64,000 bases of DNA from a candidate division FCPU426 bacterium (lineage in GTDB: Bacteria; Oederibacteriota; Muellerivitia; Muellerivitales; Muellerivitaceae). The translations under genes were made by a program, and so were the position numbers. This document shows, piece after piece, positions 10,271 to 19,526 of the stretch; the stretch's first letter is position 1, and each line of letters starts with the position of its first letter. The stretch covers positions 352,001-416,000 of the forward strand of contig CAWCKJ010000002.1 of NCBI GenBank assembly GCA_963796105.1. The letters run 5' to 3'. The notes beneath the pieces were generated by a model. It was not told the DNA's origin, searched no databases, and saw only the letters and a program-made list of their open reading frames with translations.

Positions 10271-11292
10271 TCCTGAACACGCTTTATCTCATGACGGAGG
10301 GCGCATACCTCCACCGGGACGGCTTGGCCTTGAAAGTGGAGGTGGAAAAAGAGGAGAGATTAAGGGTACCGGTGCATCACCTGGAATCCGTGGTGGCCAT
10401 GGAGCAGGTCATGGTGAGCCCCTCGGCCATGGGGTTGCTGGCGGAGAACGGTGTTTCACTGACTTTCCTCAGCTACTCGGGCCGGCTGTTGGCGCGGGTG
10501 GACGCTCCCGTCTCGGGGAACGTGGTCCTGCGGCGCAAGCAATTCCGGGCGGCAGATGACTCCGCCAAGTGCCTGGCCTTGGCCAAATCATTCACGGCGG
10601 GGAAACTGCAAAACGCCCGGAACACCCTTTTGCGGGCGGCCCGGGACATTGAGAAGGGGCCGGATTCGGAGGCGTTGGATCAGGCGGCCCGGGATTTAGC
10701 GGACAGTCTGCGGGCTTTGGAACGGGTGGAAAGCCTGGAGGAAGTCAGGGGCCATGAGGGCTCCGCGGCCAGGGCCTATTTCGGTGTTTTCGACCGCCTG
10801 TTCAGCCAACAGAAGCTGGATTTCGTTATGGACGGAAGGAACAGAAGACCGCCTAAGGACCCGGTGAACGCCCTGCTTTCATTCCTTTACGCCCTCCTGC
10901 TTCATGACTGCGTGGCGGCTTTAAGTGCCACGGGATTGGACCCCAATGTGGGTTTCCTTCACGGGGATAGGCCGGGGAAACCGAGCCTAGCACTGGACAT
11001 GATGGAGGAATTTCGGACCCTTTTGGCGGACCGGCTGGTGCTGGCCATGGTCAACCGCAAGCAAGTGGCCGCCAAGGGGTTCGAGAAAAGGGAAGGGGGC
11101 GGGGTGGAGATGGACAACGGAACGCGAAAAGCCGTGGTGGCCGCGTGGCAGGAGCGGAAAAAGGAAGAAGTTACGCATCCCCTGCTGGACCAAAAGTGCC
11201 GGATCGGACAGTTGCCTTACCTCCAAGCCAAATTATTGGCCAGGGTTATCCGTGGCGACGATCCCGTTTACATACCCTGCGTTTTGAGGTGA
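10261..11292 (+). CDS. cas1: Cas1 (I-C type)
   Basis: LNTLYL..EGAYL, RGHEGSAARAYF, RNRRPPKDPVNALLSFLY, GFLH, LALDMMEEFR. Confidence 0.97.
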   Translation: MDIILNTLYLMTEGAYLHRDGLALKVEVEKEERLRVPVHHLESVVAMEQVMVSPSAMGLLAENGVSLTFLSYSGRLLARVDAPVSGNVVLRRKQFRAADDSAKCLALAKSFTAGKLQNARNTLLRAARDIEKGPDSEALDQAARDLADSLRALERVESLEEVRGHEGSAARAYFGVFDRLFSQQKLDFVMDGRNRRPPKDPVNALLSFLYALLLHDCVAALSATGLDPNVGFLHGDRPGKPSLALDMMEEFRTLLADRLVLAMVNRKQVAAKGFEKREGGGVEMDNGTRKAVVAAWQERKKEEVTHPLLDQKCRIGQLPYLQAKLLARVIRGDDPVYIPCVLR

Positions 11293-11298
11293 GGACCG

Positions 11299-11589
11299 AT
11301 GCTGGTGATCGTCGCATATGATGTGAACACTCTGGATAAACCGGGGAGGAAGCGGTTGCGGAAGATAGCCCAAGCTTGCAAGAACTACGGTCAGCGGGTT
11401 CAGAGGTCGGTGTGGGAATGTGTGGTGACCAAGGACCAATGGGTCATGCTGAGGGCGGCGTTGATGAGGATCATCAACAAGGACGAGGACAGCTTGCGGA
11501 TTTATTTTTTGGATGAAGAGGCCAAGGCCAAGACAGAGCATCATGGGATAGCGAAACCGCCCGATTTGGAGGAGCCGTTGCTGGTTTAG
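11299..11589 (+). CDS. cas2: Cas2
   Basis: MLVIVAYDV...RLRKIAQACKNYGQRVQRSVWEC...DSLRIY. Confidence 0.97.
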   Translation: MLVIVAYDVNTLDKPGRKRLRKIAQACKNYGQRVQRSVWECVVTKDQWVMLRAALMRIINKDEDSLRIYFLDEEAKAKTEHHGIAKPPDLEEPLLV

Positions 11590-11775
11590 CGCCCAAGCGC
11601 CGACCCCAAGTGGGGACGGAACCGGGGTGGGTGTGCGATTTGAAATTTTGGCCTGAATTTTAAGGGTTTAGAGGAGGTGTTATGAGCGGAAAGGGTGGTA
11701 TCTACCCGCCGCATTTTCTGGGTATGCGCCGTAAGGCCCTAAAAGCCTTAATTGCCCAGGAGATTATGAGGCACA
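11590..11775 (+). promoter_or_regulatory. Putative CRISPR leader
   Basis: 186-bp non-coding gap between cas2 and the first repeat; repeats end in ATTGAAAC on the + strand. Confidence 0.7.
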
Positions 11776-14700
11776 GTTCCCCCGGCTGAGGAAGCCGGGG
11801 GCGGATTGAAACTATTTGGTATGCGTTCAATTCACCTATTAAATTGTTCCCCCGGCTGAGGAAGCCGGGGGCGGATTGAAACGTTCTTGGAGAAGCGGTT
11901 CGCGCTGATGTTGCTGGGTTCCCCCGGCTGAGGAAGCCGGGGGCGGATTGAAACCAAATGCAGTGCGGTTCCTATCAGCCCCAGGAGTTCCCCCGGCTGA
12001 GGAAGCCGGGGGCGGATTGAAACTAAAATCAAAAGGTAGGTGGATACGCCTTAAACCTCAAGTTCCCCCGGCTGAGGAAGCCGGGGGCGGATTGAAACCA
12101 TAATCCTGTCCTTGATTGTCGCTACGGGGGGCAGTTCCCCCGGCTGAGGAAGCCGGGGGCGGATTGAAACCAGTATTTGTAGAAGTTGCGTTGATTGGCT
12201 GAAGTTCCCCCGGCTGAGGAAGCCGGGGGCGGATTGAAACACGGTGAGAACATCGTTGGGGACATTGGAATAAAGTTCCCCCGGCTGAGGAAGCCGGGGG
12301 CGGATTGAAACCTTTAACAAATCAGGGTTAGGCATTTCATCCCTTAGTTCCCCCGGCTGAGGAAGCCGGGGGCGGATTGAAACTCTGGTGCTGTGGATTA
12401 TCACACTGCTTTGAAGTTCCCCCGGCTGAGGAAGCCGGGGGCGGATTGAAACTAAAACAGGGCATTACAGCCTCACACCACCCCGCAGTTCCCCCGGCTG
12501 AGGAAGCCGGGGGCGGATTGAAACATACAAAACGTTCCCGGCCGTGACCGGGTTGTATGTTCCCCCGGCTGAGGAAGCCGGGGGCGGATTGAAACTGACT
12601 ATGGCCATGTTGAACACAATCCAGGTTCAGGTTCCCCCGGCTGAGGAAGCCGGGGGCGGATTGAAACTCATCTGTCCCGAACAAAATCCCGAAATCTCCA
12701 AGTTCCCCCGGCTGAGGAAGCCGGGGGCGGATTGAAACATGGTCACGACATCATTTCCAACCGAAGAAGAAAGTTCCCCCGGCTGAGGAAGCCGGGGGCG
12801 GATTGAAACTCACCCTACGCTTCTTGATAAATTCAAGTTTGCGGGTTCCCCCGGCTGAGGAAGCCGGGGGCGGATTGAAACGTCTGCTCTGAAGAACCTT
12901 TAAATTTAGGTTTAGGTTCCCCCGGCTGAGGAAGCCGGGGGCGGATTGAAACTAGTTGTTCTTTTCGTCCAGGGTAGTCTCTCTCCGTTCCCCCGGCTGA
13001 GGAAGCCGGGGGCGGATTGAAACACGCAGACCCCCACTAATATTGCCGTCGACCAAGGGTTCCCCCGGCTGAGGAAGCCGGGGGCGGATTGAAACCGTAT
13101 AATCCTCCCATATGTAAAGGCTTACTTATGGTTCCCCCGGCTGAGGAAGCCGGGGGCGGATTGAAACCATACAATTGGAACCGTCCATCAATGGAGGAAA
13201 TGTTCCCCCGGCTGAGGAAGCCGGGGGCGGATTGAAACGCGAAATACGTTTCTTCATATATTACGAAAAAGTTCCCCCGGCTGAGGAAGCCGGGGGCGGA
13301 TTGAAACAGCCATTTGACGTTGTTTTTGAGGATAGCTAACTGTTCCCCCGGCTGAGGAAGCCGGGGGCGGATTGAAACATCGAAGGACCTGAATATCAAT
13401 TAAGAAGAAAGTGTTCCCCCGGCTGAGGAAGCCGGGGGCGGATTGAAACACTGCGGGAGTTTCGTTTTTCGGGTTCGCTCCCGTTCCCCCGGCTGAGGAA
13501 GCCGGGGGCGGATTGAAACATGCTGGTGGCGCAGCTATGAGTGGGGCTTTGCAAAGTTCCCCCGGCTGAGGAAGCCGGGGGCGGATTGAAACGTTTCGGA
13601 ACGGTTATTTGCGTCCGAACTCGTATGTTCCCCCGGCTGAGGAAGCCGGGGGCGGATTGAAACTCATTGGCGCAAGCGGGTGTAAGCAAAATATTACATG
13701 TTCCCCCGGCTGAGGAAGCCGGGGGCGGATTGAAACTTGGCTCATGGAATGATGTAAATGGTGTTGTCTGCGTTCCCCCGGCTGAGGAAGCCGGGGGCGG
13801 ATTGAAACATTAGATACCCCGGATGAATTGGTATTTACAACAGTTCCCCCGGCTGAGGAAGCCGGGGGCGGATTGAAACCTCAGCTGGCCGGTTCATTGA
13901 TTCAACAAATGAGGTTCCCCCGGCTGAGGAAGCCGGGGGCGGATTGAAACTGGTCACATGCATTCGAAAAATACATTATCAGGGTGTTCCCCCGGCTGAG
14001 GAAGCCGGGGGCGGATTGAAACAATGGTCCCGGCGGTCACGGTATGATCATTACATGTTCCCCCGGCTGAGGAAGCCGGGGGCGGATTGAAACACGTTGG
14101 AGGAGTCGGAAACGTACTTTTTGAACGTTCCCCCGGCTGAGGAAGCCGGGGGCGGATTGAAACGCGTAAGAAATTTCCTCAAGCGAAGCAAAATGCCAAA
14201 GTTCCCCCGGCTGAGGAAGCCGGGGGCGGATTGAAACGTATTATTTGATCTGGTTTGCGGTACTCGGTACTGTTCCCCCGGCTGAGGAAGCCGGGGGCGG
14301 ATTGAAACGTGATAGCAATCATCAAGTTCGTTGCGAGCAAATAGTTCCCCCGGCTGAGGAAGCCGGGGGCGGATTGAAACATTTTTTTCGGTGTGGAATT
14401 TAATTTCCTGCCACCAAGTTCCCCCGGCTGAGGAAGCCGGGGGCGGATTGAAACTTCGTTTTGAACGATAGCAACAATCAAGGCTGAAAGGTTCCCCCGG
14501 CTGAGGAAGCCGGGGGCGGATTGAAACCGTATGCGGCGGCGGTCCCTACCATCATTCCCCAAAGTTCCCCCGGCTGAGGAAGCCGGGGGCGGATTGAAAC
14601 ACGTTGGGAATGTTTGTTTACACCGGCGACTCAGGAGTTCCCCCGGCTGAGGAAGCCGGGGGCGGATTGAAACTCCATACCCCCTAAGATACGCATAATC

Positions 14701-15105
14701 TATTCCAGTTCCCCCGGCTGAGGAAGCCGGGGGCGGATTGAAACTTCTATGAATGCTGCTGCCAAAGTTGGTAGTGCTAGTTCCCCCGGCTGAGGAAGCC
14801 GGGGGCGGATTGAAACATTTTCGCATACTGCTGGTTCAGGACATATGCACGTTCCCCCGGCTGAGGAAGCCGGGGGCGGATTGAAACTAGCGTGAAGGAA
14901 GTAAAGGAAGTAAATAAAATAAAAGTTCCCCCGGCTGAGGAAGCCGGGGGCGGATTGAAACACGGTGTTCTTGTTTTTTTTCATGGCTCGCATTTGTTCC
15001 CCCGGCTGAGGAAGCCGGGGGCGGATTGAAACGCGAAACTAGCCCGGTTTGAATTGATCCTTTACCTCGTTCCCCCGGCTGAGGAAGCCGGGGGCGGATT
15101 GAAAC
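11776..15105 (+). CRISPR. CRISPR array: 47 identical 37-bp repeats (GTTCCCCCGGCTGAGGAAGCCGGGGGCGGATTGAAAC), 46 spacers of ~32-38 bp
   Basis: Counted directly; palindromic stem CCCCCGGCT/AGCCGGGGG; 3' ATTGAAAC. Confidence 0.99.
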
Positions 15106-15128
15106 TATTGGAACAGGAGTAAAAACAA

Positions 15129-15458
15129 TGGGGTCTGGCCACACGCTCCGCAGCGTGTGGCAGTGATCATTCGTCACTTTAGGCTATTGAGCCATTTTCC
15201 AATCAACGCCCACATTTGAACTTTCCGCATACCAATTGCATTCCAATTGGTCGGGTAATTCGCCCGACACCACAAATGGTTTATGGAAAGCTATTCGAGG
15301 AAATCAGGGGTCAGGCACCAAGCCCCTAGCTTGGTGCAGTGACCATTCATCACTTTAGGTACTTGAGAAATATCCCTGCTTTATCCCGCGATACCAATTG
15401 TTTTAAATTGGTCGGGTAATTCGCCCGACACCACAAATGGTTTATGGAAAGCTATTCG
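15129..15458. repeat. Two imperfect tandem copies of a hairpin-rich unit
   Basis: Identical TTGGTCGGGTAATTCGCCCGACACCACAAATGGTTTATGGAAAGCTATTCG at ~15248 and ~15408; both units open GGGGTCwGGC-hairpin-GCAGTGAyCATTCrTCACTTTAGG. Confidence 0.85.
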
Positions 15459-15712
15459 TAAGGCCATTTGCAAGCCATTACCAACCGTCACCAATCAACT
15501 TGTACCAACTGCTTATGGCAGTTGGTACAACCAAATCTTGCCGTTCGCCGTGTGTGCTCACGGCAGGTGTGGTTGATTGGTGGGTAAATCCCCTCTGAAG
15601 TTCAGCCAGATATAGTAAAGCCGACCAAAAGAACCACTCGGCTTGACTGATCAAATCCCGTTTTTATTTTCCCCAGGACGACCCAAGAACAGCAATTTTG
15701 AATGCTAAATTT

Positions 15713-16019
15713 TGAATTATGTGCAAATTCACATTTATATTCCCGGCCCATGGGCGGTTAATTGAATGAAATTTGTACTATACCAGCCTCTCAATTAGCT
15801 TTATGGAAGGCTGGCATGAATTGTGGTGGGCTCTACATTCGCGGTCTCATTCGAACCACTGGGGTTATTGGCAACTACCGAAACAACTAACAATGGCGCA
15901 TCGGTATTATGAATGATGTGCAAATTCACATTTATATTCCCGGCCCATGGCCGGTTAATTGAATGAAATTTGTACTATACCAGCCTCCCCATTAGATTTA
16001 TGGAAGGCTGGCATGAATT
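15713..16019. repeat. ~110-bp direct repeat, two copies 197 bp apart
   Basis: 15713-15822 vs 15910-16019 nearly identical (ATGTGCAAATTCACATTTATATTCCCGGCCCATGG...CTATACCAGCCTC...ATGGAAGGCTGGCATGAATT). Confidence 0.9.
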
Positions 16020-16290
16020 ATTCGGTCTTTGATTTATCGGGTGGTAATAGCAGGCGTGGCGGCGGGTTAAGAAAGCTTTTTATGAGTATCTGCAGGTCAC
16101 ATTCCAGGGCCTGGGCAATCCGGTAAAGAGTGGTGATTTGATAATCCATCGCCCCCTTTTCCCATTTCTGCAACATGCGGAAGGTTACATTCAGGTCCCC
16201 ACTAAGTTGTTCCTGGGTCAGTCCCTTTTTCAGCCTTAATTCCCGGATTGTTTGCCCGATTTCTTTAAGCGCCGCTTTCTTATTCAACAT
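16018..16290 (-). CDS. XRE-family HTH transcriptional regulator
   Basis: IGQTIRELRLKKGLTQEQLS...LQKWEKG...ITTLYRIAQALEC is a Cro/C1-type HTH. Confidence 0.88.
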   Translation of the reverse strand: MLNKKAALKEIGQTIRELRLKKGLTQEQLSGDLNVTFRMLQKWEKGAMDYQITTLYRIAQALECDLQILIKSFLNPPPRLLLPPDKSKTE

Positions 16291-16418
16291 TCCGCAATTT
16301 TGCTTTAAATGCGCGACCCAGACCACGACCTATGGGTCGTGTCAAAATCGCCCGGTTTATTGTGTAATTCCCCTTGGGTATTCCTGGAGCCCCTCGTATC
16401 TCAGAGAGTGGTAGGGGG

Positions 16419-17035
16419 CCTGGAACCACGACACGCAGGAATCCTGGAACTCCTGGAACCGGCCTGGAACCACGACACCCGGGAAACCTTGAACTCCTGG
16501 AACCGGCCTGGAACCACGACACCCGGGAATCCTGGAACTCTGGAACTCCTGGAACCGGCCTGGAACCACGACACCCGGGAAACCTGGAACTCTGGAACTC
16601 CTGGAACTGGCCTGGAACCACGACACCCGGGAAACCTGGAACTCTGGAACTCCTGGAACCGGCCTGGAACCATGACACCCGGGAAACCTGGAACTCTGGA
16701 ACTCCTGGAACCGGCCTGGAACCACGACACCCGGGAAACCTGGAACTCTGGAACTCCTGGAACTGGCCTGGAACCACGACACCCGGGAAACCTGGAACTC
16801 TGGAACTCCTGGAACCGGCCTGGAACCATGACACCCGGGAAACCTGGAACTCTGGAACTCCTGGAACCGGCCTGGAACCACGACACCCGGGAAACCTGGA
16901 ACTCTGGAACTCCTGGAACCGGCCTGGAACCATGACACCCGGGAAACCTGGAACTCTGGAACTCCTGGAACCGGCCTGGAACCACGACACCCGGGAATCC
17001 TGGAACTCTGGAACTCCTGGAACTGGCCTGGAACC
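16419..17035. repeat. Tandem array: 2 x 44-bp + 10 x 52-bp units + partial, built from CTGGAAC
   Basis: Unit CCTGGAACCACGACACCCGGGAAACCTGGAACTCTGGAACTCCTGGAACCGG starting at 16507, 16559 ... 16975; ~46 CTGGAAC copies. Confidence 0.98.
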
Positions 17036-17086
17036 GTAGAAAACAGGGGATATTGGCTGACTCAAGAACAAATGAAGGGGTTTTAT

Positions 17087-19105
17087 ATGGCTCAAGGATT
17101 ATCTGAAGTTTTGGAATGGTTGGGTCAAGTTGAGGTTATTAAAAACCAATTACAAAAGGATCCCCAATCCCCCAGGGCAATCCTGATGCAAACCCTCAAT
17201 GTTAAAAAAGGCCGTTTAAGTTATCTTTATAAGATAAACGCTTGTTTCGACCAACAGGCCTTAAATCGGGTCCGCCAAGCGGCCCAATCCACCCCTCCCG
17301 CCTTCGTCCCTTTCGGAAACGCCCGGGCCTTGGCTGTCTTGGGCGACAAGATCCCCAAACCTTATGAACCGGTCCATGAGGCGTTGGAAGTTGTTATTTC
17401 AAATCAACTCACTCTCCCGCAAATTGAAGCCCTGGTGGATCATATCGCCAGCGGCAAGCCAGCCAAGGATTTCGTTCCCAACCAGGCCAAAACGGATTCG
17501 ACTCCAGTTGGTCGCTCACCGCTAACGGATTCAACAACCCAACCTCAAGTGGTTTCGACAGAGCCTGTAGAAGATACGAATCCAGGAAATGACGCTGAGG
17601 ATTTCTTCGGTTTGAGCGGGCCTAATGTCCCGCCGAGGATCAACGAAATCAGGTCCAAGGTGAAGGCGGGCCAAAGGGTCGGCGTCAAGGATGGAATGCA
17701 TCTGGTCTCCCACATGCTCGCCAGCGGAATCATTAAATTCCTGGGTGGTTTTACGGGGATCAGCCATAAGGATTTGGAATCCCAAAACCTGGGTAAGAAA
17801 ACCCGCAAGGGCCTTTTCTGGCTGATCAAGCGCGCCTGGTGGCTTTTGAGATGGCTTTTCAAGCATGTCTGGCATTTACTCATGGCCGTCATTAAGGAAC
17901 CCTTCAAATTGATTTGGGTCCTCATCGGGGGGTACGTTAAAAGCGGGTTGGGCTTAGCCCTGCTCCTCGTCCTCATTTACGGGATTTACCTTTACCGCCA
18001 TGACCGCAAGGAATTCTGGTCCGATGTCGATGTCATAAAAAACTGGTCCCTCCAAACAGCGGAAAAGCAAATTAAAAATGAAAAATGGACAATGAAGAAT
18101 GAAAAATCAAAAACACCCACCATCACTGCCACAGTTCAAAACAGCAATGAAAAATTAACAACTCCCACTATCACTTCAGCAGTTCAGATTCAGAATCCCG
18201 CCAAACCCGAATCGGATCAAGAAATTGTACATTCTCCATTATCCATTATTCATTCCGCCGCCCCCGGCGAACTAGCAAAACCCAAATCGCATCCAGGCAT
18301 TGTTCATTCTCCATTGTCCATTATCCATTCCGCCGCCGGCGGGTTTGCGAAGCCATGGAAAGCCGAGGATGAGGATTATGATTTTTTATCCGAGGAAATT
18401 TATCCCATCCCGGAATCTTGCGTGATCAAGAGCCTCAAACCCGCGCTTGCCGGGGATATAAGCGGGAAAAAGGCTGAAAGTTATTTGGCCGATCTCCAGG
18501 ACGCCGGCAAGTATTCCATGTGGCTGGGGAAAGAGAAGATGTCGGTCCTGAAAGTGGAACTTGTCCCTAACGGCGTCATCCTGCATACGCAGGACCCACA
18601 GGAATCAGGATTGAAGGTGAGTTTTGATTGGGTGGAATTGACGGCCATCCATTGCGATAAGCTCCAGGTTTTTCCCCCAGGGGACATTCCGGGCCAAACG
18701 ATCTATCAATGCGGCTTGGTTATTCCTCCTTTCAAGAAAGCCATCACCATCGAATGCTCATCTGTGGAGAATTTAAGGCGCCTTTTATCAGCCCTGGAAT
18801 ATTGGATCAAGTCCGCGAAGGGCGGTGAGAAGGCCCCAATAACGGGATTGCCTTATCTTCACCAAGGCGTGCTGTTTACCGAAAAAAGCGGGGCGGCTGT
18901 GCTGTGGGTAGGAAGCCCGGTGGAAAAAGCGGGTTTGAGGCTGGGGGACGTGGTTTGGAGCCTGGATAAAGCCAATAGCTCCAAGATGAAAAGTTTCGAT
19001 TTGGAGAAAGCGTTGAACAAGCTTACGGCGGGAAAACACGATCTTGATGTCCTGCCGGGCGGGAAGGAGGGACCAAGGAAAAAAATTGAAATGTTAGTTC
19101 AGTGA
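17087..19105 (+). CDS. Hypothetical membrane protein: N-terminal ParB/Spo0J-HTH-like region, TM helix, low-complexity linker, C-terminal PDZ-like domain
   Basis: VPFGNARALAVL...EALEVVISNQLTLPQIEALVDHI resembles Spo0J GHARAL...LSVRQ.E.LV; hydrophobic GLGLALLLVLIYGIYLY; WVGSPVEKAGLRLGDVVWSLD PDZ signature; alternative start 17072. Confidence 0.6.
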   Translation: MAQGLSEVLEWLGQVEVIKNQLQKDPQSPRAILMQTLNVKKGRLSYLYKINACFDQQALNRVRQAAQSTPPAFVPFGNARALAVLGDKIPKPYEPVHEALEVVISNQLTLPQIEALVDHIASGKPAKDFVPNQAKTDSTPVGRSPLTDSTTQPQVVSTEPVEDTNPGNDAEDFFGLSGPNVPPRINEIRSKVKAGQRVGVKDGMHLVSHMLASGIIKFLGGFTGISHKDLESQNLGKKTRKGLFWLIKRAWWLLRWLFKHVWHLLMAVIKEPFKLIWVLIGGYVKSGLGLALLLVLIYGIYLYRHDRKEFWSDVDVIKNWSLQTAEKQIKNEKWTMKNEKSKTPTITATVQNSNEKLTTPTITSAVQIQNPAKPESDQEIVHSPLSIIHSAAPGELAKPKSHPGIVHSPLSIIHSAAGGFAKPWKAEDEDYDFLSEEIYPIPESCVIKSLKPALAGDISGKKAESYLADLQDAGKYSMWLGKEKMSVLKVELVPNGVILHTQDPQESGLKVSFDWVELTAIHCDKLQVFPPGDIPGQTIYQCGLVIPPFKKAITIECSSVENLRRLLSALEYWIKSAKGGEKAPITGLPYLHQGVLFTEKSGAAVLWVGSPVEKAGLRLGDVVWSLDKANSSKMKSFDLEKALNKLTAGKHDLDVLPGGKEGPRKKIEMLVQ

Positions 19106-19266
19106 AAAGCTGGTTAGCTGGGATTCAGGAAAAAATACTATTCACCACAGTTGTGCTTCGCACAGCACATGCCGACCTTCCTATTGAGAAATTAAAGGGG
19201 TCGGTATCGTACCAATCTCAATTTAACTTTTATGGAAGATTGGCACAGAGACTCAGTTAAAGCTTT

Positions 19267-19376
19267 GATCGTGACAAGAGCTTTGCTCTTGCGCCCTGCG
19301 GGCTTTATGGCGCATCCAAAGGCCTCGGAAAAATAGATTTTCCCGGAGGCCGTCGGCTGTGCCATAGAACACGATC
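19267..19376 (+). ncRNA. Putative structured RNA/ssDNA motif, copy A (unassigned family)
   Basis: Four-way junction closed by GATCGTG/CACGATC; diverged inverted homolog at 27319-27429 with compensatory changes. Confidence 0.45.
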
Positions 19377-19526
19377 TGAAAAAATTCACCCTTTGCTATG
19401 TAGTAGCTGGGTCTCTGAGTCTCTGGGGTAAATCGGTTTATCCCATGTATCCCATGCATCCGTGGCAAAAGCCGTAGCTGGTTCTTTTCTTTAGCGGTTA
19501 AAAATTATGCTTCAGGAGGATGTGTT

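Noticed and set aside
11813..15068. Self-targeting spacers within this window
   Set aside because: None noticed by eye; not exhaustive, needs BLAST
11832..15177. Many short ORFs with repeated VSIRPRLPQPGE / FQSAPGFLSRG peptides
   Set aside because: Translations of CRISPR repeats
15719..15734. CRP/FNR box
   Set aside because: TGTG-N6-CACA is 2 bp shorter than the TGTGA-N6-TCACA consensus
16419..17035. Second CRISPR array
   Set aside because: No unique spacers; pure tandem repeat
16280..17095. Five 190-270 aa repetitive ORFs on both strands
   Set aside because: Artefact of a stop-poor 52-bp unit open in all frames; none joins the 17087 ORF through a start codon
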